In this document: piece by piece, positions 50,343 through 60,656 of the stretch
Layout: each line of letters opens with the position of its first letter
Numbering within the stretch: position 1 is the first letter of the stretch
IMG/VR virus record: IMGVR_UViG_3300046535_000406
Location: 45,498-109,497 of that record
Length of the DNA stretch: 64,000 nucleotides
Source: a virus
Strand: one strand, 5' to 3'
Notes under the pieces: model-generated
Seen by the model: only the letters and a program-made list of their open reading frames with translations
Databases searched by the model: none
What the model was told of the DNA's origin: nothing
Program-made: the position numbers and the translations under genes

Positions 50343-52362
50343 TGGCGACTCCTTCGCTGTTCTGGGTGACCTCGATGCGGTGCGCTCCCATGCGCTCCAA
50401 CCGCTCGATGACATCTGGGTGGTGGGACACGACGAGGATGCGGGTGAAGTCGTCGGCGATCGACGCGAGGGTGTCAAGCACGGCGTTGCGCCCAGCGTCG
50501 TCCTGCCAGCGGTCGAAGCTCTCATCGAGCACGAGCGTGTCGATGTGCCGGTCGGACAGGACCGAGGTGATGCCCATGCGGAGCGCCAGATCGACCCTGA
50601 ACTGCTGCCCGCCGGAGAGCATGGCGTAGTTACGTGGCGAGCCCGTCCCCGGATCAACGACCACGTCGAGCGTGTCCGTCGCCGTGCCCTTGGCAGTGGC
50701 CTTCTGGGTCAGGAGCCGCAGGCTGAAGTTGCCCGGCATCCGGGCCAGCACGCCGTTGGCGTGATCCTCGATCACCGGCAGGGCCGCTTCGAGCTTCATG
50801 GTCGGGATGCCGTCCCGACTGAATGCGTCCCGGACCACGGAGAAGATCGAGGCATCCTTCCGGGCAGCCTCCGTCTCGGAGAGCAGCCGGGTGTGTGTCT
50901 CGATGTCGCGGTCGATCGACATGCGCTCCAACGACTCGCTGGCGAAGTCCGACTTGGCCTCTTGGAGTCGCCCGACGATCCGGTCGCGACTCGCCTTGGC
51001 GGCTGCAAGCTCGACCTCAGCCGCGCTGAGCTTGCCTGCCTCAGCTTCCAGAGCGTCGTTCTCGGCCTTCAGGGCGCGACCGCGCTCCGCCAGTGGCGTC
51101 AATGCAGCCAGAGCCTCCGCTACGGCGCTCTGGGCACGCTCCAAGCTCGTTCTGGCATCGGAGTGGCGTCTATCCCAATCCAGCCAGTCGGAGCGCCCTG
51201 AGCGAGCCTTGGAGGCGACGGATGCGGCTTCGATGGCACGCTTCTGCGCCTCACCCAGCAGGGACTCCACCATCGCCAGATCGGCCTGAGCCTGCTCCAC
51301 GGCCACGGCGTCCACGCCGGGCTGGAAGACCTCACCGCAGTTGGGGCAGGTGACGGGCTTTGACTGACCGGCGGCGTCGAGCAGCGCCTGAGCGTGGGAC
51401 TTCTGATCCTTCAGCGCGAGGTGCTGGGCACGAGCGGTGGCGGCATCCTCAGCTGAGGCGGTCACCTGATCCTCGGACACGATCGCGAATGGGGAGGTGG
51501 TGACCAGCGTCAGGGTGGCCTGAGCCGCCGTGACACCCGCCAGAGCGTCGGTGTGCTTCACCTTGGCCGCAAGGAACTCCTTGCGTGCATCCGCAAGCTG
51601 GGCCTCGACCACGGTGGCGCGGTAGGCCCGCGCCTTGGCGTCAGCCAGCGCGGTGACGGCCTCGTCCGCCTCGGTGGTGGCCTTCAGCAGCGATAGCTCG
51701 CCCTCGCGGATCACCTCTGCGGCTGCCGCCAACCGCGCTGCCGCCGCTTCACGGAGCGCAGGAAGGTCGGCAGTCGAGAGGTGTGCCAGCTGGGTGGCGT
51801 TGGAGTCAATGATGGCCTTGGCGGACGCGACGTGGGCCTTGGCGGCCTCCACCCACTCCGGGTACTGCTCCTGATCCAGCAGCAGGTCGATCAGCAGGTC
51901 TTTGCGATCCTTGGGCTGCTCGTCCATCAGGTTCCGGGTGCGCTGCAAGGCGAACGGGCCAGCCAGCAGGGCGTCGTAACCGATCCCGATGCGTCGGCGT
52001 ACCTCGGCCCGCGTCTCGGGGCCGGTGGCAGCGGTCCCCAGACCGACCTTCAGCGGCTGCCCATCAACCGCGAGAGACAGGGTAGCGTCGCGGCCACGGC
52101 CCTTCGAGCGGGTGATCGTCAGGGGCTGGCCCTCCACGACCACGTCCAGCGACACGGAGCACGAGTCGGCACCGTCGCGGATCAACTCGTCCAGCGTCGG
52201 GGCTCGGGACTTGTCCCAGATGGCCCACGTGATCGCTTCGATGATCGCGGACTTGCCAGCGCCGACGGGTCCCGTCAGGACCCCGATGTGGATGCCTCGC
52301 AGATCGAGGTCGGTGTCCTCGTGGGCGAACCAGTTGCGAAGCCGAATGGCCTGAACGTCTAT
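50323..52362 (-). CDS. sbcC: SbcC/Rad50-like ABC ATPase (apparent ATA start)
   Basis: Walker A GPVGAGKS upstream of the track start; CPNC hook; LSGGQ signature; LVLDE; VSH. Confidence 0.9.
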   Translation of the reverse strand: MDVQAIRLRNWFAHEDTDLDLRGIHIGVLTGPVGAGKSAIIEAITWAIWDKSRAPTLDELIRDGADSCSVSLDVVVEGQPLTITRSKGRGRDATLSLAVDGQPLKVGLGTAATGPETRAEVRRRIGIGYDALLAGPFALQRTRNLMDEQPKDRKDLLIDLLLDQEQYPEWVEAAKAHVASAKAIIDSNATQLAHLSTADLPALREAAAARLAAAAEVIREGELSLLKATTEADEAVTALADAKARAYRATVVEAQLADARKEFLAAKVKHTDALAGVTAAQATLTLVTTSPFAIVSEDQVTASAEDAATARAQHLALKDQKSHAQALLDAAGQSKPVTCPNCGEVFQPGVDAVAVEQAQADLAMVESLLGEAQKRAIEAASVASKARSGRSDWLDWDRRHSDARTSLERAQSAVAEALAALTPLAERGRALKAENDALEAEAGKLSAAEVELAAAKASRDRIVGRLQEAKSDFASESLERMSIDRDIETHTRLLSETEAARKDASIFSVVRDAFSRDGIPTMKLEAALPVIEDHANGVLARMPGNFSLRLLTQKATAKGTATDTLDVVVDPGTGSPRNYAMLSGGQQFRVDLALRMGITSVLSDRHIDTLVLDESFDRWQDDAGRNAVLDTLASIADDFTRILVVSHHPDVIERLERMGAHRIEVTQNSEGVASASIAA

Positions 52363-52382
52363 GGGAGCCTCCGGTCAGCGTG

Positions 52383-52480
52383 CGAACGCACTGGTGGCAG
52401 AGTCCGAGGTTCGAGCAGAGCCTCGGACCCCCCGTGAGGACCTGCGAAGGTCGCGGGGCTGGACTGCCACCAGTGCTTCG
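52383..52480 (-). ncRNA. Structured 5' leader (three-way junction) upstream of sbcC
   Basis: 13-bp closing stem GCACTGGTGGCAG/CTGCCACCAGTGC enclosing two hairpins; starts at the predicted TSS. Confidence 0.5.
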
Positions 52481-52483
52481 GAG

Positions 52484-52516
52484 AAGGTACTCCTGCGCCG
52501 ACAGGAAGTCAATAGC
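52484..52516 (-). promoter_or_regulatory. Repeated phage promoter (sbcC)
   Basis: TTGACT-17-TACCTT. Confidence 0.7.
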
Positions 52517-53265
52517 TCAGAGGCTGGCAATCCAGTCATCGAACGTCTTGCCCGGGTTGGCGGTCTGCCACTCGAACAGGGCACGCCGCTGACGCATCGA
52601 CAAGCCCGAGGGCATGTGCGGGCCGCAGGTGCGCCGGTAGCCGGTCATGGTGGGCGTGCCGCACGAGGACTGCTCCATGCACCCGGGCTCGTCACAGCGG
52701 GCCTGTGGGGCAGGCATGGGGTCATCCCAGCCAAGCACCTCGAACGCTTCCTCCAACGCCGACAGGCCGCCGGTCCAGTAGCCGCCATCCCTGTCGGACC
52801 AGTAGGCGAACTGGCGGCACATGCCTTCGAGGGCTTCGCGAAGCTCCTGTTCGGTGGGGTGGCGGGTCAGGGCTTCTTCTTGCGCCATGTGCTGGCCTCC
52901 GGGCAGGTGCTGAAGTGAGAGGTGCCGTCTGGGTTGACTGGCGTCATCCGGCCCTCGCGGGTGCGGCACCACGAGACACGCTCATCGCAGGATCGGCACC
53001 GGCTCACGCTCAGGAAGGAGTAGCCCTCGGGGATCGTGAAGCCGGGTACGAGGTCAGCCACTTTCAGCCGCGTCAAGCGTCTGGAACGCCTTCAGCGTGG
53101 CTTCGATCGCCACGGCCCGGTCACGCTCCGGCAGCGACTCGATGGTGCGGATCAGCAGGTCATAGCACGGGCAGATGCACATGCCCATCTTGTGGAACAT
53201 CTGGTGGTTGGCGACGGACTTCGCCTCGTCCTCGGTGAACAGCGGCACCGTCTGCACGAGGCCGC

Positions 53266-54438
53266 TCACTGCGCCGGTCCGATCAGGGACTGGAAAGCCG
53301 CCACGTACACCTCGGGTTCGAGGCCACGCCAGCTGCAATAGGCGGTCAGGGCGTCAACCGGCGTGGAGGCGCGCTCCAACGCTCGCTCGGTGGGTTCTGC
53401 TCGCTCGGGCACGATCACCTCGGTCTGGACGTAGCTGGCGCCCTTCAGGTAGAACTGCTGCTCGGTGATCCGGGAAGCCCGGGATGACGAGCGATCCGGG
53501 TAGTGCAGCCGCAGGCGCACGATGGCGCCGGGAGCCAGATCAGCCGGTGCGTCGAAGATGCCAGCCTCGATGTCCGCGTCGCCCTCGAATAGCTCCATCG
53601 GCCTCGGGTTCGAGGGGATGACCGTAACCTTGGGCAGCTGTCCGCGCTCCACGTCAACGAGCAGGAAGCCCTTCGACTGACCGGCCTCACCGAAGTCCAC
53701 CCACTCGGGCGCTCCGGCGTACCACGCCTTCTGGCCGATCTGCTGCTGCTTGTGGATATGTCCCAGAGCGGCGTAGTCGAACAGGTCCAGCACGTGGCTG
53801 CCCACGCTCACGTCGTTTTCGAGGCGCATGGTGCGCTCGGAGCCAGCCACAGCGCCGACGGCGGTCAGGTGCCCGGCGAAGATGATCGGCGTCACGGAGT
53901 CCGACGATGCGACGGCTTCCTCGTAGAGCGCCGTGATCGCGTTCTCCAAGTCATTCGACAGAGTCTCGTGGCGCTCCTGATCGTCGGTCAGGTCAGGGCG
54001 GCTTACGTCGTACGCCCGCTTATGCGGGTAGGGCACGGAGACAAGCTGGACCGTCTCACCGGCCACCAGCGTGGTGATGCCGGGGCTCGTGATGACCTGC
54101 CCGCGTTCCCAGTCAATCTCGGCCAGCATCCGCAGGGTGGCACTCCCCGGGTCGCTGATCACCCATCGCCCGTCGTGGTTGCCGTCGAGTAGGACCCACT
54201 CCGTGAACAGGGACAGCTGTTCGAGGAAGCGAGTGGCGACGGCGATCGCCCGGGGCTCTGGCTTCCGCCCGTCGAACAGGTCGCCGACGATGATCGCCAG
54301 ATCGGGCTTGTGCTCGGCGGCGGCTGCGCAGAAGCGGTTCAGGACGGCGTCAAGATCATCCAGCCGGGAGTAGGGCTTCCCCGGCTGGGCCATGTTCGGC
54401 ATCCCCAGATGGATGTCAGCGGTGTGCAGGAGCTTCAC
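53266..54438 (-). CDS. sbcD: SbcD/Mre11-like metallophosphoesterase nuclease
   Basis: HTADIHLG, GDLFD, GNHD, YAALGHIH. Confidence 0.92.
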   Translation of the reverse strand: MKLLHTADIHLGMPNMAQPGKPYSRLDDLDAVLNRFCAAAAEHKPDLAIIVGDLFDGRKPEPRAIAVATRFLEQLSLFTEWVLLDGNHDGRWVISDPGSATLRMLAEIDWERGQVITSPGITTLVAGETVQLVSVPYPHKRAYDVSRPDLTDDQERHETLSNDLENAITALYEEAVASSDSVTPIIFAGHLTAVGAVAGSERTMRLENDVSVGSHVLDLFDYAALGHIHKQQQIGQKAWYAGAPEWVDFGEAGQSKGFLLVDVERGQLPKVTVIPSNPRPMELFEGDADIEAGIFDAPADLAPGAIVRLRLHYPDRSSSRASRITEQQFYLKGASYVQTEVIVPERAEPTERALERASTPVDALTAYCSWRGLEPEVYVAAFQSLIGPAQ

Positions 54439-54586
54439 GCCTTCTTCCTCCGCTGGTGCTGCCAGTGCGACACTTCGGTGGTGGGGTTCCAGATGTAGGT
54501 GACCGGCTCCCCGCAGACGGCACAGGTCATCGAGCCCGTGCGGTTCCACGCCTGAACGCGGTGGCCGCGAGGTGGCTTCGGGGGCA

Positions 54587-54787
54587 TCAGGGGCGCACCT
54601 CGTTGCGGATCGTCACGTTGACATGACTGTGGGGCCGGTGAAAGGCGACGCCGGTCAGCGTGCCCTCGCGTCCGCCTGAGTGGTGGTGCTCGTGTTCATG
54701 CTCCACGAACACGAGCGGGGTCTGGGTGGTGTGTCGGTGCCGGTGGCTGTGGGTGACGTGCTCCGGGGCTCGGTTAGCGCGTGCCAT
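54587..54787 (-). CDS. His-rich small protein
   Basis: HSHRHRH, EHEHEHHH, HRPHSH. Confidence 0.5.
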   Translation of the reverse strand: MARANRAPEHVTHSHRHRHTTQTPLVFVEHEHEHHHSGGREGTLTGVAFHRPHSHVNVTIRNEVRP

Positions 54788-55798
54788 CTACTGGCCCGTC
54801 CAGAACTCGGCATCGTGCTCGTGGCTGCGCGCCGTCTGGCGGGACTTCGCTTCGTCCGCCTCGTGGTCCATCCCGGACAAGTCCACTCGGGCGTTGTCGG
54901 ACGGCTGGGTGTCGGCCTCGTCAGCCGCAAACTGCTGGTTGACAGCCTGATCCAGATCGTCGTCAGTGCCGCCGACCTCGATGTCCTGCAACTCGGTGTG
55001 GCTCAGGCGCCGGACCTCCGGGGCCTCCTGCCCGAACAGGTTGCTGAGCACCCGCTTGGCGGAGTCCTGCCGCTCGACCGGCGTCATCTCGTCCCGGTAG
55101 CCGACCACGCGGACGGTCACGTCACGAGGTGAAGTCAGGCGACCGAGGGTCTTCAGCCCGGTGGCGACCTTCATAATCCGGGTCCGGGCGACGGTCTGGG
55201 CGTAGCGGATGCCCATGGTGCGGGCCTGCATGTACGCCTTCATCGCCTTGCGCTCGGCAGCCGCATCCTTCAGGACGTAGAGCGGGAAGCCGAAGGCGTC
55301 GAAGATGGGCTGCTTGTTGTCGTCAAGCGCCGGGATGGAGTCGTACGACTCGACGCGGGCACCGGCCAAAATCCACTTCGGATCGACCTCGATGTCCTCG
55401 ACGGTGGCGACCATCTGCCCGGCCTCGTTGTACCAGACACCGGCCATCCGAATGTAGACGTAGCCGTTGGCATCGTGGATCGGGTTGTTCGCCATGGCGC
55501 CGTCGCGGCCCACGACCTTCTCCGGGAGCCAGAAGCTGACGCCCAGCACGCGGTTGATGTAGTCGTAGCCGTCGGACGTGATGCCGACCTTGGGCGGGAT
55601 GAAGCCAGCCGTGCCGGGGTTGCCGGAGCCACGGATGGCGTACTGGAAGCCAGCCGGGAGGGCGACGACCGTCTCGATGCGCGTGACCTTGCCACGGACC
55701 GCGACCTGCGCGACCTCGATCAGGGGTCCGCCAATCTCCATGGGAGCGACGGCGTTGGGGTTGGCCTGCTGCTCAGCAGGCGGAGCGGCCTGAGCCAT
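54788..55798 (-). CDS. Hypothetical protein, possible recombination/annealing factor
   Basis: GGAGG RBS; acidic C-terminal tail; precedes sbcD. Confidence 0.6.
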   Translation of the reverse strand: MAQAAPPAEQQANPNAVAPMEIGGPLIEVAQVAVRGKVTRIETVVALPAGFQYAIRGSGNPGTAGFIPPKVGITSDGYDYINRVLGVSFWLPEKVVGRDGAMANNPIHDANGYVYIRMAGVWYNEAGQMVATVEDIEVDPKWILAGARVESYDSIPALDDNKQPIFDAFGFPLYVLKDAAAERKAMKAYMQARTMGIRYAQTVARTRIMKVATGLKTLGRLTSPRDVTVRVVGYRDEMTPVERQDSAKRVLSNLFGQEAPEVRRLSHTELQDIEVGGTDDDLDQAVNQQFAADEADTQPSDNARVDLSGMDHEADEAKSRQTARSHEHDAEFWTGQ

Positions 55799-55852
55799 GT
55801 GCTTGGAGCCTCCTGTGGGGTTTGACGCGAGCGTGGGCGCTGGTCGTGCCAG

Positions 55853-56056
55853 CTAGGGTGTCGCAACCTTGCGACGGGGCGGACCGATCGGCTTGGGTGG
55901 CCCGGATCGGAGGATGGACGCGACCCGCTGCTTCGTCAGCGGCGGATCGAATAGCTCGCCTATCTCGGTCAGGCTCTTGCCGTCGTCCCGGGAAGCGCGG
56001 ATGCGCTCGAAGCGAGCGATGCGTTCCTCGTGGGAAGTCGTGACGACTCCGGGCAT
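55853..56056 (-). CDS. Small HTH protein (sigma region-4-like)
   Basis: GKSLTEIGELF..LTKQRVASIL. Confidence 0.6.
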   Translation of the reverse strand: MPGVVTTSHEERIARFERIRASRDDGKSLTEIGELFDPPLTKQRVASILRSGPPKPIGPPRRKVATP

Positions 56057-56066
56057 GGGCTACCTC

Positions 56067-56450
56067 TCATTCGGGCTCGGGGATGGCGAGCATTCGCCGG
56101 GCCTTCTGCATGGCCCAGCACCCCTTGGGGCGCAGGGCAAGACTCTTGGTCGCCTCGCAGCGACACAGGACGGCTCGGTCGTTGGGGCCGAAGTCGAACA
56201 CCGACACGACATGCGGCGGACCGTCATGGCGCGAGGGGAAGACCAGTGCGACAGGGTCTGGGAACGGGTCCGGCACCGGCACGGGAACGGGCTCCGAACC
56301 ATCCATGGTCAGTTGCTCGAACGGAGCGGGCGGCTTCCGCCCGGACTTGACTTCGAGCACGGTCGCAGAAGCTCCCCCAGAAGGAGCCTCCTCGAACGGG
56401 CGGACGACGGGACCGGCGAACTCCGTGTCCTCGTCGAGCAACGTAACCAT
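56067..56450 (-). CDS. SWIM-like Zn-finger protein
   Basis: VLCRCEA...GCWAM. Confidence 0.45.
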   Translation of the reverse strand: MVTLLDEDTEFAGPVVRPFEEAPSGGASATVLEVKSGRKPPAPFEQLTMDGSEPVPVPVPDPFPDPVALVFPSRHDGPPHVVSVFDFGPNDRAVLCRCEATKSLALRPKGCWAMQKARRMLAIPEPE

Positions 56451-56457
56451 GCGTCGG

Positions 56458-56490
56458 AGTATGGGCTTCCGGGGTCAGGAAGTCAACAGG
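56458..56490 (-). promoter_or_regulatory. Repeated phage promoter
   Basis: TTGACT-17-CATACT. Confidence 0.75.
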
Positions 56491-57759
56491 TCAGGTGCCG
56501 GAGACGGACTCCCACGCGGGCCACCATCGTCGCCGGTATCGGCGGCTGCCACGAGGCACAGGTCGCACATGACCGCGTGGATGCCCTTGCCCTCGGGCCT
56601 CGAACGAGCGTCCAGCTTCACTGACTTGGCTTCGGGGTCAATCGGCAGTCCGCACTCGGTGTGCCCCTCCCCGAACTCGGTCGGCGTGTCGGACACGAGG
56701 TGCCACCACCCGGGGCCCATCGAGTTGTCGATCCAGCGGATGCCCTCAGCCGACTCCGTCGGCTTGCCGGGATCGAGATGGAACACGCCCGTCTCGGCGC
56801 GATAGAGCAGGTCAGGCGAGCCCATGGGCTCAGACACAGGCAGGTCGTAGGGTGGGTGGTCGCCACGAGTGCACACGGCTACGTGCCCTCCACCCACCCG
56901 TCGAAGCCGAACTCATCGAAGCTCGGCACGAGGGTGGTCCCGCAGTCGGCGCACCACGCCTCGCCCCGGCGCTCCGTCGTCCCGTCGGGGCTGAGGGCGG
57001 CCTCCGTGTTCTCGTGCTCGCAGCAGCCGAGGTGGTGGGTGACACTGGCGGAGTCCATGGCGTCCAACTCCTCGTGGCAGACGACGCACTGGCGGTCGAT
57101 GGCAATCATCAGACGGTGACCTCCTCGCATTCCATCCCGCCCGTCGCATCGTGAGCGTAGACCCGACCCGGGCAACGCCCTTCGACCCGCTCGCGTGCGG
57201 TGCGGGTGATGTGGTGCTCCTTGACCCCGCAATCCACGAGCGACACGGGTCGCCCGCAGTGGGGGCAATCGGTCCGGCTCGCTCGGCGGGGGTATCGCTT
57301 CGTCATCACGCCACCTTCGGATCGCGGTCGATAGCGTCCGGGTTCACCGTGAGCTTGTCGGCCCAGACGGTGACCGTCGGGCGGGGTGAGTCGGCGTGGA
57401 CCCAGACGGCCACGTCGGTGGTGCCCCAGCTGACCACGTTGCCGGTGCGCCCGTCAGGGAGCGTCACGTTGGCGGCCCAGTGGGGGACCGGGAGAGGGAA
57501 CACGCTCGTCCCGATGTAGGGGGCGTGGATCATCGCGTCGTACCGACCGTCATCGGAGTTGTCGGGATCGACCATGAACAGGGCGACCACGCCCATGACG
57601 GGGTCCACGTCGAGGAAGGTCATCGCGACCGGGTCATCGGTGTTGTAGTCCACGATGTACCGCTGGCCGGGAACGAGGTCGGCGATCGTGAGGGGAATGG
57701 TGTCAGGCATCTTGGCCTCCTTTGGCCGCCGGGGGAGTGGAGCTTCCGGCGACAACGTC

Positions 57760-57792
57760 AGTATGCGCCTGATCTAGCAGGAAGTCAACAGG
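57760..57792 (-). promoter_or_regulatory. Repeated phage promoter
   Basis: TTGACT-17-CATACT. Confidence 0.75.
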
Positions 57793-59578
57793 TCAGCGGT
57801 GGCGTCCGTTCACGGTGCGCTGGTCGGAGCCGGTGTCGCGTTGCGACCATTCGAGCCGGGGGTCGGAGCCGTGCGAGACGGCCATCCCGGCGAAGCACAC
57901 CCGGCAGCTGGTCTTGGCGACCGAGCCGCTGTAGTGGCCGCGCCGATCTTCCTCGGTGTAGTCAAGGGATCGTCCGCTGCTCATGCCAGTGAGTCCTCCA
58001 AGTCTGGGTGGGTGTGCTCGCCGGTGGCGAGCGCGATGGCCTCGGTCATGGCGTCCATGAACTCGTGGGCCTGCTCGATCGACACGCGGCCACGAGCTTG
58101 CCACGAGATGGAGGGGTCTTGGTGACCCCGGATCATCGAGTCGTACTCGATGTTGCCCCGGCACAGGAAGCCGCTGGGGCTGCTCTCGATGGTGAAGTCG
58201 TAGCCGTTCTGGTTGACATGGACGGTGAGGTCGGCAGTGGGCTCGGCCTGCTTGTGGCGGCGAGCCTCCTGCTTCTCAGCGCGGTCCATCTTGGCGAGTC
58301 GGTCCCGGCGCTCACGGAGCATCGGGGCCGACGTGGCGTGGGTGTTCATCTTGCTTACCACGACAGTCCCTCCACTTCGAGCGCGTCGGGGTCGATGTTG
58401 GTGAGCCACTGGTCCCAGCTGACGTTGCTGTCGGTCACGTCGTACAGCTGGGCGTACTTGCCGTTCAGGTGCTTGGGCGTGGCGAGGATCGTGTCGGCGA
58501 TGGCCTTGGCGTCCTCGTCGGTGAAGATGCCCGCCTCGGTCAGCGTGCGGGCCATGGTGGCGAGCGTGGGCTCGTCCACGTAGACCTTGCGCCCGAGGGT
58601 GTCGAGCGTCACGTCGATCTGGGTGTACGGAGCGCCCATGATGTTGATCCAGTCGGCGGTCATCACGGGCCGCTGGGGGATGCGGGGTGGGGCCTCGGGC
58701 GTGTGGGTGAGGTAGCAGCCGTCGCACAGGGCGACCCGGCCCTCGGGGCTGATCGCTCCGAGGTTGCGATTGGTCAGCGGGACGACGCAGCCGTGTGCGC
58801 AGCCGCATATCTCGGCGGCTGGCTTGGCCGCCTCGAAGGCGGGGCTGGGAGCCGACAGCACGTCGGCTACGGCGTCCCAGTCAATCTCGTTCAGGCGTGG
58901 GTTGTTCAGGGGGCTCGCCTTGGCGATCGCCTCGCGAAGCTCTTGTCCAGTCATCGTGGTTCTCCTCGTAGCACTCGAAGTGCGGTCAGAAGCATCGCGG
59001 TGTCGCAGGGCCAAGCGGCCCCGTCGGCAGCGCACTGGTAGTCGGTGGTGAAGCCCCGCACCGGATGGTTCCGGCGCGGACCCGCGATCTTGTAGTGGTC
59101 GTTCTCCATGCGCCCGATGTCCATGAGCATGGACTCAAGGGTCGCGGTCTGCGGTGCCTCAGCAGCCGCTACGTCGGCCCACGTGTGGCCGTCGGCCAGC
59201 ACCAGCACGCGATGGGTGCCCACGTCGCGGACGATCCCCATCTGGATCAGTGTGTCGGCCACCTCGGGCAGCACGTCGGTGCTGTCGCGGTCGGCCCGTG
59301 CGTCATAGATCGTTGCGTTCACGCTGCCTCCAACGTCGCGGCCATCAGGTCGCTGGTCCAGCGGCGGGGGCTCGTGTCCCAGCCGACGGTGTAGCGGCGT
59401 CCGGCGAACGAGTCGTCGGCCACGAGAGCGCCGTCTCGAAGGTGGAGGCTGCGGACCTCCACGATGGTGCCGGTGGTCCCGGCAGGGATGGCCCCGATGG
59501 GCTCAGGGGTCGAGACTCGCTCGCCCCGGCGCCAGTAGGGAGCCGCCTTGGGGGTGGCGGGGGCCTCGATCAGGTCGA

Positions 59579-59929
59579 TCACGAGGCACCGCCTGCGAGC
59601 ACCACGCTCATGCGGGTGGGCTTGAAGTAGAGGTCGCGCTCGACCGGGAGGCCGAACGGTGGGGCCTTCAGCGCGGCAAGCTCGTTCATGTCGAAGTCGC
59701 CAGCCTCGCGGACGTGAATGTCGGCGACGCCGTAGGCGAGGCCGGTGTCCGGGTCGAAGCCCGCGAGGAACCACGTGCCGACGCCGTAGGGATTGAACAC
59801 CTTCACGCGCAGCATGGGGTCGTCCTGATCGGCTGCCGCGTCCGTGCTGGGCAGCTTGTCCGTCGTGCGGACGTACTGGAAGGCGGGGGTCCCGAAGCCC
59901 TTGCGGGCCTGACCGAGGATCGTTGCCAT
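59579..59929 (-). CDS. DUF2958-family protein
   Basis: KVFNPYGVGTWFL...YGVAD...E.GDF...EL...VERDLYF. Confidence 0.75.
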   Translation of the reverse strand: MATILGQARKGFGTPAFQYVRTTDKLPSTDAAADQDDPMLRVKVFNPYGVGTWFLAGFDPDTGLAYGVADIHVREAGDFDMNELAALKAPPFGLPVERDLYFKPTRMSVVLAGGAS

Positions 59930-59963
59930 TGGTGTCTCCTTGGAGTGGAGGGGTGACAAGGGC

Positions 59964-59996
59964 AGTATGCGCCTGCCCTTGCAGGAAGTCAACAGG
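59964..59996 (-). promoter_or_regulatory. Repeated phage promoter
   Basis: TTGACT-17-CATACT. Confidence 0.75.
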
Positions 59997-60623
59997 TTAG
60001 GCCGATGGGCTGACCATCGTGTAGGGAGCGTCGAGGTCCCGTCGGCGGGCGGTGACCGCCTTCCGCACGTCGTGGTAGAACGCATCCGCCGACTCAGCTG
60101 AGGCGAGCAGCATGTCCTTGACGGGCGAGTCCTTGGGCTCGCGCCGGTAGTCGGCCCACGATCGGGCCGCTTCGCGGTAGGCCCGCTCGCTCATGGCGTG
60201 CAGGTCGAAGGTGGAGACGGTGTCGAACATCAGGAACCTCCTGCGATGGCTAGGTCGGGGGCGACGTAGAAGGTGACTCCCACGTCGTGCCCGCAGAAGA
60301 TCGAGTGGACCGCGAGGATATGCCCGGGGGGCACGTCGATCGGGGCGAAGGCGGGCTTGTTGGCCCACGGTGCGCCGACCACGGTCACGTTGGCGCTGGC
60401 ACCGTCCGGGCGGAGCAGGACCAGCGAGTCTTTGGTGCCGCCGTCCCAGTAGAGGTCGAAGGTCCGGGGCGTCGTGTACGGCGCGACCGTGATCTTCCGG
60501 CCCTTGTAGGTGGGGAACGAGGCGGCGAGCGCCCGCTTGATCAGCGGGTGTGCCCGGGAGACGGTGACGGGAGGGAGCGAAGCGTTCATTGGGCCTCCTT
60601 GGGAAGCGGGAAGGGACAAGGAG

Positions 60624-60656
60624 AGTATGCGCCTGCCCTAGCAGGAAGTCAACAGG
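60624..60656 (-). promoter_or_regulatory. Repeated phage promoter
   Basis: TTGACT-17-CATACT. Confidence 0.75.
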
